Source of the DNA: a virus
Taxonomy: Duplodnaviria; Caudoviricetes
Length of the DNA stretch: 31,352 nucleotides
Strand: one strand, 5' to 3'
IMG/VR virus record: IMGVR_UViG_3300017761_001785
Span: 1 to 31,352 of that record
The notes under the pieces were generated by a model. It was given only the letters and a program-made list of their open reading frames with translations. It searched no databases and had not been told where the DNA came from. Made by a program: the position numbers and the translations under genes. This document shows, piece after piece, positions 1 to 7,807 of this stretch (position 1 is its first letter; each line of letters begins with the position of its first letter).

Positions 1-349
1 GACCGTCGCGGAGTTGCGTGGGCAGGGCTTCGCTGCTGAATACTACGCTGCGTGATCCGGCGGCTGCGTGGGCGGTGACGGCTGCGGAGAGCTTGGCGCG
101 GGTGCTCGTGGCGACTTGCGATTCGATGCCTTCGGCGTCCACGCTTGTCTCGTAGTCGGAGTGTGTGCCGTCTGGCTCAAGGAACACTTGGCCGACCGTC
201 TCGCCTTCGACGAGTTGCGCCTGTAGCCACGCGAGAAGCGTTTGCGCGGTGAGGGCCAGCGGGCCGTCAAGAGGGATGGCGGTGGTTGTGGCGTATGCTC
301 CCGCGTTGCTGTAGCGGGTTAGCTGGTTGTTAGAGAGTAAGAGTTTCAT
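1..349 (-). CDS. Hypothetical protein downstream of the fibre gene, truncated by the window edge (not in ORF track)
   Basis: ATG at 349, 2 nt after the stop of the 641-aa gene; frame stays open to the window end (MKLLLSNNQLTRYSNAGAYATTTAIPLDG...). Confidence 0.75.
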   Translation of the reverse strand, partial: MKLLLSNNQLTRYSNAGAYATTTAIPLDGPLALTAQTLLAWLQAQLVEGETVGQVFLEPDGTHSDYETSVDAEGIESQVATSTRAKLSAAVTAHAAAGSRSVVFSSEALPTQLRDG

Positions 350-351
350 AA

Positions 352-2277
352 TCAGTCGTGGTATTGATAGCCCCACCAATGCACCCGACTCACGGCACCG
401 CTAGGGGAGGCATTTGTTCCGCTGTCGAAAGCTATGTCCACCGCGCCAACAGTGCCGCCGGCGGCATTGTTTGTCGGTCCTCCAGTAATAGTTGCGGCGG
501 CAATATTAGTGAACGCACCTCTATTATCTGACCTGTATAGCTCCACCGTTCCATTGGTGTAGTATCGCACTGCGTATAAAGCATACACGGCATAGGGAGT
601 ATTCTTCAATCCGCTGACCAATGGCCCGTTGGTTGCTGTTGTTCCATTGTGCGCTATCAATCGAGCCGAAAGATCAAGGTCTCCGCTAAACTCAATGCCG
701 ACTGCCCTGTTGGTCGGGTACTGCCCGATAGGGTCGCCTGTACTGTGACCGACAACAAAGCGCAGCACTGAGTTAGAGCGCGACCACATCGCCGCGAACA
801 CGAATGCGGTAAACCCTGAAGTAAACATATTGTTCCCTCCAGAAGATCCGGAATTGTTAATACCTTCCATTCGGCCAATTCTTACACCCACCAAATTTCC
901 AACATTCGTTGCCGAAGTTAAAGCCCAACGCGAACCCGTTGCATCAAAAGTTGCAGACCCGCCATTGGTTACCCGCGTCGGCATCCAGTCGGCCATCGTT
1001 TGGCGGTAGAATGTGCCATCCATATACTCACCAAAACTGGGGAGATATCTCGTATCCGACAATCCCCGAGTCATCAAACTCGACGCGCTGTCTGCCGTCT
1101 GCGAAGGCGCAGTGTTGTTGACGCCGTTAAGGGTCGCGTTGCCGGATGAGTTTATACCAAACATAACGCTTCCAGTGCCAGCTGTTCCGCCGTCCAAAAC
1201 TCTAAAACCATTTACCGCGCTTACCGTTAAACCAGCACTCCCCCCTTGAAGATAAGCATTGTATTTTTCTGCACCGCCTCCAGTTCCGCTTAATCGCAAG
1301 GATGCGGCTTGGTTTGTCCCCGAAGTGTCAAGCCATAGTGTAGAGTCATCACCATCGTCGACGGCATTTGCTGCAATCATTCGTAGCCTACGAAACTCCA
1401 CGTTGTTGGTTGTTTCCAGACCCCCGCGATTGGCAACGGAGATATTGGTCGGACCTAGAGCAACTAAAGTGGCCGACTCGTTGGGGGCCAGCGTGAGGTT
1501 GGTCGCGCCGTCAATCGTGATGCCGCCCACGTTGGAGATGGTCACTGCATTGGTCGCTTGGTTGACCAGATAGTAGAACGCACCGAGGACTCCGTTTGTG
1601 ACGCTGCTGATCGCGTTGTTGTTGGTCAGCCTAATGACGTTGGCATTCGATGGCAGGGTCAGGCGTCCGTTGGTCGCTGCGGCGGTTTGGGTTGCGTCAA
1701 GAGCCCATGTCGAGGGCGTGGTGGTGGTGAAGGAGCCGACTGTGAGGGAGCCTGCGATGGAGACGTTGGTGGCGAAGGTGGCCGCAGGCGTGACGGCAAA
1801 GCTGTTGGTTGCCCAAGCAAAAACGTTAAATCCGGCTTGTTCTAGTGTTCGCGTTTCAAATTCTAGTTGTCCGCCGAATGCCACTGAATAAATGCCCGAG
1901 CCGTTGATTTGAATCTCGTCGCCTGCGCCAAGAGTAAGGGCCGAGAATACTGGGCTGTTGGTTGTGCCAAGGCCGATGGCCGTGCGAAAATTCGTGACGT
2001 TAGTGTTGGTTAGCCACGTTGCGCCGAGACCGATAGCCGTGCGAAAATTCGTGACGCTGGTGTTGGTTAGCCACGTTGCGCCGAGGTCAAGGTTGGTGCG
2101 CGTGGCTGCACGAACCCCGCTATCAAACTGCAATGGGTTGGTAAATGTTAGGGCATTGGTCCCACCATAAATTACCTTGCCATTGGTTGTATCGTAGCCC
2201 AAAGATTTTATAGTTTGGGATTGGGAGGAACAGGCCAGCCCGATAAGAGCGATTGCCGCAAGGATAGTGTATTTCAT
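352..2277 (-). CDS. Tail-fibre-like protein with N-terminal signal peptide
   Basis: 641 aa, T/N/G/S rich; fibre-type TRTNLDLG and FRTAIGLG repeats; N-terminus MKYTILAAIALIGLACSSQS-QT; beta-rich C-terminal domain. Confidence 0.7.
   Translation of the reverse strand: MKYTILAAIALIGLACSSQSQTIKSLGYDTTNGKVIYGGTNALTFTNPLQFDSGVRAATRTNLDLGATWLTNTSVTNFRTAIGLGATWLTNTNVTNFRTAIGLGTTNSPVFSALTLGAGDEIQINGSGIYSVAFGGQLEFETRTLEQAGFNVFAWATNSFAVTPAATFATNVSIAGSLTVGSFTTTTPSTWALDATQTAAATNGRLTLPSNANVIRLTNNNAISSVTNGVLGAFYYLVNQATNAVTISNVGGITIDGATNLTLAPNESATLVALGPTNISVANRGGLETTNNVEFRRLRMIAANAVDDGDDSTLWLDTSGTNQAASLRLSGTGGGAEKYNAYLQGGSAGLTVSAVNGFRVLDGGTAGTGSVMFGINSSGNATLNGVNNTAPSQTADSASSLMTRGLSDTRYLPSFGEYMDGTFYRQTMADWMPTRVTNGGSATFDATGSRWALTSATNVGNLVGVRIGRMEGINNSGSSGGNNMFTSGFTAFVFAAMWSRSNSVLRFVVGHSTGDPIGQYPTNRAVGIEFSGDLDLSARLIAHNGTTATNGPLVSGLKNTPYAVYALYAVRYYTNGTVELYRSDNRGAFTNIAAATITGGPTNNAAGGTVGAVDIAFDSGTNASPSGAVSRVHWWGYQYHD
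1973..2085. repeat. 57-nt tandem repeat (2 copies) inside the fibre gene
   Basis: Near-identical units at 1973 and 2030 encoding LGATWLTNT(S/N)VTNFRTAIG. Confidence 0.9.
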
Positions 2278-2296
2278 TTAGCTTTTTCGGGATTCC

Positions 2297-2734
2297 TTAT
2301 TGTTTTTCGGTTGTTAGGATGCCACTATTGTCCACCTTAATCAAGAAGATATTGCTTCCAGATAGATAGGAAATCCATTGGCGGGTTGTAGATGATCCAC
2401 TTGGCGTTACTGTAAGTATACCACTGTCATCTACAGTCAAAGAAAATACACTAGAATTGGGAGATTTGACAAGCACAGAAGCAACCCCGCTCCCAGACCC
2501 AACAAGTTCTGTAGTAACAATACCATCGCTGTCTACTGTAAGCTTCCAAATCCCGCCTCCAGAAGCTACCAAATATGTGGGCGCATAGAAATTATTGATA
2601 ATAGCCGCTACCTGATACCTCCACGGCCAGTTAATATAGGTGGCAACTAATGCGGGATCTGCCTCGTCTCCCCTTGCTGCTGCGGCAATCCTTCCAATTG
2701 CCTCTTTTTCGCCCCACTTTAGTTCATAGCTCAT
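2297..2734 (-). CDS. Virion/fibre-associated protein with three beta repeats
   Basis: 145 aa; repeats WKLTVDSDGIVTTE, FSLTVDDSGILTVT, FLIKVDNSGILTTE; ATGA overlap with the upstream gene. Confidence 0.65.
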   Translation of the reverse strand: MSYELKWGEKEAIGRIAAAARGDEADPALVATYINWPWRYQVAAIINNFYAPTYLVASGGGIWKLTVDSDGIVTTELVGSGSGVASVLVKSPNSSVFSLTVDDSGILTVTPSGSSTTRQWISYLSGSNIFLIKVDNSGILTTEKQ

Positions 2735-3078
2735 GGCATGGCCTCCATTACGGGAATCAACCCAGCCAGTTCCTCTGGTGTCAACTCAGCTACCCCATCA
2801 ATTTCTCCAGCGTCAAATGCGGCAGCAAGGTCTGACTGCCATAGACAGGTATAGGCTAAACGGCCATCGGTGAGGGTTTGGCCGACAATGTTACCACGTT
2901 CCATGGACGCCGCATAAATGCTGGTCTTTTCAGCGTCATTCCAAAAAGCCCCAATGGTGCGTGTGTTGCCACTTCCATAGGACAACTCCTCACCGTATTG
3001 GGCATTGAGCGCAGGAAACAAGGTCGCCACGGCTTCGGGAGCTACGGCCATAGTGCGTTGGGTTAGTTCGTAGCTCAT
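2731..3078 (-). CDS. Hypothetical protein, 115 aa (start revised to MSYELTQR)
   Basis: ATG at 3078 overlaps the stop of the 406-aa gene (ATGA); the longer ORF-track version overlaps that gene by >100 nt. Confidence 0.75.
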   Translation of the reverse strand: MSYELTQRTMAVAPEAVATLFPALNAQYGEELSYGSGNTRTIGAFWNDAEKTSIYAASMERGNIVGQTLTDGRLAYTCLWQSDLAAAFDAGEIDGVAELTPEELAGLIPVMEAMP

Positions 3079-4295
3079 GGTAGTCCGAGGCCCGTGCCGA
3101 GGGTTGTTTTGTAGAGATCGTAAAGCTCTAAATTTTGAGATGCGTTTAGACTTGTCGAAATAACGTGTGCAAACGAAATTGTACCTAACCAAAAGAAAGC
3201 GTTAGTAGCGTAAGTTCCTATCAATAATGGATCAGAATTCATTACTACTGAACTCGTCATGGTTCCGACGGAAAGGCCCGAATTATATCCTGTAACGCTT
3301 GTCCCGCTTTTATTATAAACAGGAAATCTAAGCGAATTGATTGGCAATGAATATGTAATGCCAGTAATTTCATCTGCCATTTCTGATCCAGCCCCACCCT
3401 GCCCAATCCAGACAGGACGAGTTTGCAGCGCAATTTTGGTCCCTCCAGTTGAGGGTCTGCTAAGAGAAACTCCAAAGTTAAAATTTGAATAACCCGATTT
3501 TTCGGCAAATGCGACAGTGATGTAATCATCAGATCCGTCAAAAACCATCCCATCCGCCCCGCGTGTTGGGCCGTTGACCATTGTGCCATTGAACGTTCCC
3601 AGACCGCCCAGCGAAAACACGGTGTCGCCGCTTGCGGCATTCTGCGAAGACCTTAACGGCCAACAGACCATGGAATTCCAGAGACCAAGAGCCTTTACTC
3701 CAAGAACAAAGTCATTGATTGCCACAATGTCTGTGGCACCACTGGTTGCAACAAAGCTGCTTGCATTGGCGTCATAGGTCGAGGCTGATGCCGTGTTGCT
3801 ATAGCCAGTAAAGAACCCACCACTAGATCCCCTGATGCGATACTGGTAGTTGCTGGCAATATTTAGTCCGGTGTTGGTTGCCGTGGTGGCCCCGATTGCC
3901 GTGGTTCCGATAACCTGAAAGGCCGCTCCATCCACAGACCTTTCTACAGAATAGGCAACAGATGCCCCATTGGTAACCCAGTCTAGCTTTATTGAAGATG
4001 AGGTTAGCGGGGTCAGCGTTAAACCGCTGGGGGCAGCGGGGGCACTGCGATTGAATATGATTGCCCCGTAGATGTCGCTCCATGCATAGCTCTTGGGGAG
4101 TTCTATGTATTCTTGTTCTGTGCGGGGTCCTCCGAGTTCTACCGCGATCTTGGCATAGAGGTAACGTTCTGGAAGTGTGCAGAAGTCATCGATGGACCCC
4201 GAACCCGACTGCTCAACAAGCCACTTGGAAAGTAGTTGTCGCCTTGGCAAATCTGCCGAGGACGCAAAAACAGCATCTAATACTGGAAGGGCCAT
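3075..4295 (-). CDS. Virion decoration/adhesin-like protein with an FN3 domain and a LamG/concanavalin-like domain
   Basis: PAAPSGLTLT..SSIKLDW..YSVERS..TGL..YQYRIR is an FN3 pattern; C-terminal FDGSDDYI..PLLIG..GTIS..LNASQ is LamG-like; located downstream of the capsid gene. Confidence 0.75.
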   Translation of the reverse strand: MALPVLDAVFASSADLPRRQLLSKWLVEQSGSGSIDDFCTLPERYLYAKIAVELGGPRTEQEYIELPKSYAWSDIYGAIIFNRSAPAAPSGLTLTPLTSSSIKLDWVTNGASVAYSVERSVDGAAFQVIGTTAIGATTATNTGLNIASNYQYRIRGSSGGFFTGYSNTASASTYDANASSFVATSGATDIVAINDFVLGVKALGLWNSMVCWPLRSSQNAASGDTVFSLGGLGTFNGTMVNGPTRGADGMVFDGSDDYITVAFAEKSGYSNFNFGVSLSRPSTGGTKIALQTRPVWIGQGGAGSEMADEITGITYSLPINSLRFPVYNKSGTSVTGYNSGLSVGTMTSSVVMNSDPLLIGTYATNAFFWLGTISFAHVISTSLNASQNLELYDLYKTTLGTGLGLP

Positions 4296-4316
4296 AGTCT
4301 ATGGAACCCTTACAGG

Positions 4317-4556
4317 TTAGGCCATGCCCATAATTCGTTCACCCATGCCAGCCATAGGGCCAGCAGCTTCCATCTCCTCGTCTTCCATTTCTGCGACAGC
4401 TTCGTCTTCGGTGTCTTCCATCGGGATCTCGACACCAGCAAGCATGGTGGGGACAAGGGAGGTTCCCTCAACGCGAAAAGTAACCAACTCTTCAAAAGTT
4501 TGGCCGTCTTCAACGTCTTCGGGGAGGGTGTAATTTTCGGGGATTGAGAGCTTCAT
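4317..4556 (-). CDS. Small acidic hypothetical protein
   Basis: 79 aa, E/D/M rich; co-oriented with the structural operon and fills the gap. Confidence 0.7.
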   Translation of the reverse strand: MKLSIPENYTLPEDVEDGQTFEELVTFRVEGTSLVPTMLAGVEIPMEDTEDEAVAEMEDEEMEAAGPMAGMGERIMGMA

Positions 4557-4625
4557 AATGTAGTACTTTGTTTAAATTCTATAACACGCTTACAATACTA
4601 TGGTTTCGGGATTTTGTCACGAACT

Positions 4626-4660
4626 AAAAAAAGAGGGGAGAGACTTTCGCCCCTCCCCCC
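4626..4660 (-). terminator. Rho-independent terminator after the major capsid gene
   Basis: Minus strand GGGGGGAGGGGC-GAAA-GTCTCTCCCCTC-TTTTTTT: 12-bp stem (3 G-U), GNRA loop, U7 tail. Confidence 0.9.
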
Positions 4661-4684
4661 TTAGTGAATTATACTATCCTAATC

Positions 4685-5947
4685 TCAGCTAAGATAGCCG
4701 TAGCCAGAGCCAGAAGGACAAGCGACCAGATCGGCGGCAAGGTTGCAGCGCAGGTGCAGGATGTAGTAGCCCCAAGTAGGGACAATCTGCTTCACCGCAC
4801 AGGCCATCTTAGCCCTCCAGTAACCGCTGTTTTTGTCAGGGTTACAGTTCCGGTCATACTCGTTGATCCACTTGAAGTCGCCACGATAGTTCTGAGCATC
4901 ATAGATCAGTTTGCCGACCTTGACGTTCGTGCTAGGGACGAGCCACTCCATGGCCTTCGGATGGAAGATAACCGTCGAGCTATACTTCGCATTCTTGTAG
5001 GCGGGGTTGATGATCGCCTTGACGCCACCCGTACCGGGACCTGTAGAGGCCGTGGTGCTATAGGGGGCAACTTCGACGAATCCACCGGACCCGTTGTCAT
5101 TGAAGCGTTTCGGGAATGGACGGCTGTGGAACACGAATCCGCCGTATGCCTTTTTGGGCAACAGCGAGGAACCGTTGGCTCCCAGCAGATCATTCACGCG
5201 ATCACTCCAGCGGATATCCTGACGGACATCTTCCTGAAGTTTGATCAGGTTCTCAATGGTGGCGCGTTCTGCGAATACGTTGAACACAGGGGCACCGTCA
5301 TCGGTAACCGCATCGCCGTCATCTCCAGCATTCTCCTGATAGAGGTTGTCATGGATTTGACGAAGAACTCCCGGTGTCAAAACACTCGTAGGAGCGGGGG
5401 TTCCGGCGATAGTGGCGAGGCCCGTGGTACCATTGAAGGTAACGGTTCCGTTGGTATCAATTCCCGGTTCCACACTCAACTTGGTCGAATGCGCGAGATA
5501 ATCGTCATCGTAGCGTTTGATCCACTCGACGTTGACGTTGTCGGCCAAGATCTTGATGTAGTTGTTAACATCGTCAATCGGGAAGGTCGCGGTGCGAACA
5601 TCTTCCAAACAGATGAACTTGGACTCAACCGCCTGCTGACGGAGGCTGAAGGTCTTGGTGTCGAAGGCATAGCCAACGGTTTTGACAGGAGCCAAGCAGG
5701 CATTGTCTTGACCGGACTCACCAGTGACGCCGATATCTTCCCATCCGGTACCCGTAGCGATAGAACGCTGGGCGATGATGTTGGTGATCGTTTTGCCCAT
5801 GTTGTCGGGGAATGCCGACTGGGAAACAAAACGGAGATAAGGATCTTTGTAGAGACCCAAACGATAGGTGCCGAGGGCTACGCGCCCTGACTCCCGCACG
5901 AAGTTATCATTGATAGCTTCGCAAGTAGTAGCAGTCTGTGCTGACAT
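4685..5947 (-). CDS. Major capsid protein
   Basis: 420 aa; gene order portal-scaffold-this gene-terminator; features compatible with an HK97 fold (FPDNMGKTI E-loop-like segment, YGGFVF, VIFHPKA). Confidence 0.8.
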   Translation of the reverse strand: MSAQTATTCEAINDNFVRESGRVALGTYRLGLYKDPYLRFVSQSAFPDNMGKTITNIIAQRSIATGTGWEDIGVTGESGQDNACLAPVKTVGYAFDTKTFSLRQQAVESKFICLEDVRTATFPIDDVNNYIKILADNVNVEWIKRYDDDYLAHSTKLSVEPGIDTNGTVTFNGTTGLATIAGTPAPTSVLTPGVLRQIHDNLYQENAGDDGDAVTDDGAPVFNVFAERATIENLIKLQEDVRQDIRWSDRVNDLLGANGSSLLPKKAYGGFVFHSRPFPKRFNDNGSGGFVEVAPYSTTASTGPGTGGVKAIINPAYKNAKYSSTVIFHPKAMEWLVPSTNVKVGKLIYDAQNYRGDFKWINEYDRNCNPDKNSGYWRAKMACAVKQIVPTWGYYILHLRCNLAADLVACPSGSGYGYLS

Positions 5948-6121
5948 GATTGTTTATTTCTTTCTAATTAAGGTTGAGTTTATGTTTCGAGATTTTCCCG
6001 CAACAAAGTTTGTTTTTCCTCACGCCGCAGATGAGGAGTAGCAACGGCGATTCTAATTTAGAAAGCACTAAGCCAGCTAACAAGGCGTCTGCGACCAACC
6101 CAGACTAAAGTCTTGATTGGG

Positions 6122-6151
6122 AGACTACCCTAAAAACTAATTAATTGTCAA
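6122..6151 (-). promoter_or_regulatory. Sigma70-type promoter for the capsid gene
   Basis: TTGACA-N18-TAGTCT in the scaffold-capsid gap. Confidence 0.55.
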
Positions 6152-6160
6152 TAGCTAAAT

Positions 6161-7459
6161 TTAGCGTCTACCCATAATAGATGCGCCAAAGTTAGTTATA
6201 CTCTTATCGCTAACATCCTCGTCATCGCTTGCCTCTTCTGAGGTGCTTCCCAATGAGGGGGTGGCTCCGACGAATGACTTAACCTGTGATTCTAGTTCGG
6301 CAATCTTTTTGTCTCGGGATTCGACCTGACTCTTTAGCTGGGTACTATAGTGGTTGATCGCGCTCTCAAGGAATGGAACCACCGCTGCCCGAGACAGAAT
6401 GGCACTACGGTCTTCTACACTCAGTCGATCCAGATTGGTCTCTGCTGCAACCTTCTTGGCCCCACGAATCTGACCATTCCACTCATCGTTGCCGTCAATT
6501 TCCTGAAGGAAATTGTAGCGGTCTTCAAGGTTGGTCCAAGTTTTGGCCGTGAAAGCCTTTTGGAGTCGCAGATCATTCTCAATAAACTCCTGCTCCGATT
6601 GGGCCTTACGGGCATTTTCGGCCTCAGAAAGGGACTCCGCCTCACGCTGGAACCGCTCATGGTATTGGGCCAACTCATGGTACTTGTCGGCCATTTTGAC
6701 AATGGACATCTGCTCCATCCGCTTGAAGTCTCCGGTTAAGTCTTCTAGGGAATCGGTGCGCTTGCGGACATCCGGCTCGGTAATGGCCTGCCACAGCTTG
6801 GAAAAGTCAGAGTCATTGGCCTCTGCGATTGACTTGAGGTCTCCCTGCAAGCTCATCACGGGCTTCTTGATGGTCTCAATGTATTCGGGGGAACGCTCAA
6901 AGTTGGCGGTCTTTAGCTCGCGGTTAAGCTCTGCCATGCGGGTCTTGTAGTTCTCAAGCTCTTCTTGGAGGGTCTTGACGGTCTCTCCCTCGTACTTGCC
7001 AACCTGCTCCTTGGTCGCTTCTAGTTCGGCCTTGATTCGGTCCCGCTCTTCACGGGCCTTTTTCATTTCGCCCTTGATCTCTTTCCAAGACTGAATTCCT
7101 TTTTCGGAGTCATCGCCTTCGGGCCTGTCCGCTACTGGTTTATCCTGAAAGTGGGGGTTGATTGGAAGGTCGCTATCTTTGCTGGAATCCTCTGATTTAG
7201 ATTCGGCCTTCTCTGTCGAAGACTTCTTCGTGATCTCCTCTACTGCCTTGGAAGCTTCCTCCTTGGTTGCCTTGCTCTTCTTTTCGACCTTGGGCTCTGG
7301 GGACTTTTCTTTCGGGGTTTCGGGTGCTGCCTCTTTTACTTCAGAAGTTTCTGTGGGAGCAACCTCTGCCACTGGAACAGCTTCAGGGGCTGGGGTATTA
7401 AAGATTGTTCCAGCGAAGTCTGCGTCACCCGTAAGGGCACTGTTAAGGATTTCGGACAT
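6161..7459 (-). CDS. Capsid scaffolding protein (putative)
   Basis: 432 aa; disordered E/K/P N-terminus and long coiled coils; directly upstream of the capsid gene. Confidence 0.7.
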   Translation of the reverse strand: MSEILNSALTGDADFAGTIFNTPAPEAVPVAEVAPTETSEVKEAAPETPKEKSPEPKVEKKSKATKEEASKAVEEITKKSSTEKAESKSEDSSKDSDLPINPHFQDKPVADRPEGDDSEKGIQSWKEIKGEMKKAREERDRIKAELEATKEQVGKYEGETVKTLQEELENYKTRMAELNRELKTANFERSPEYIETIKKPVMSLQGDLKSIAEANDSDFSKLWQAITEPDVRKRTDSLEDLTGDFKRMEQMSIVKMADKYHELAQYHERFQREAESLSEAENARKAQSEQEFIENDLRLQKAFTAKTWTNLEDRYNFLQEIDGNDEWNGQIRGAKKVAAETNLDRLSVEDRSAILSRAAVVPFLESAINHYSTQLKSQVESRDKKIAELESQVKSFVGATPSLGSTSEEASDDEDVSDKSITNFGASIMGRR

Positions 7460-7476
7460 AGTATATAGTTATTTTA

Positions 7477-7761
7477 TTATTGTTCTTTGTTTATGTAAGA
7501 GAAAGCTTCTGGGATGTCCACCTTGGGTCTTGTTTCAAACTTACCCTTACCAAGAGTTTCTATAAGGTCAACCACTTCTTGGCTTCCCTCATAGAATCCC
7601 GCGCTCTTGATAAATACCGGAGACAAATCAAACCCCTGTGCCACAGGACCAGCACTACGCCGTGGGCGTACCTTTTTTGCGATAAACTTGAGGCCCTTTA
7701 CCATAGTCGGGTCTTCCCAAGTTTGTGCCCAAAAACGGGCATCTTGATCTGTCCAATTCAT
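7477..7761 (-). CDS. Small head-module protein between portal and scaffold
   Basis: 94 aa; this position is typical of podovirus head modules. Confidence 0.7.
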   Translation of the reverse strand: MNWTDQDARFWAQTWEDPTMVKGLKFIAKKVRPRRSAGPVAQGFDLSPVFIKSAGFYEGSQEVVDLIETLGKGKFETRPKVDIPEAFSYINKEQ

Positions 7762-7770
7762 TAGAAATTC

Positions 7771-7798
7771 AACCTATAAGGTTATAACAACTAGTCAA
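7771..7798 (-). promoter_or_regulatory. Possible sigma70-type promoter
   Basis: TTGACT-N16-TAGGTT, 9 nt before the ATG at 7761. Confidence 0.35.
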
Positions 7799-7807
7799 CA
7801 AGTAAAA

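Noticed and set aside
43-270. 75-aa ORF in the track
   Set aside because: Alternative frame of the better ORF starting at 349 that runs off the window
352-2277. Diversity-generating retroelement target
   Set aside because: No reverse transcriptase and no adenine-mismatched template/variable repeat pair seen in the window
4664-5890. 408-aa plus-strand ORF
   Set aside because: Antisense shadow of the capsid gene with no recognisable motifs; the same applies to most other antisense ORFs in the track
6017-6050. HDV-like/theta ribozyme suggested by TCCTCA and CGCCG/CGGCG
   Set aside because: Could not build the nested double-pseudoknot or place the catalytic C; no adjacent tRNA
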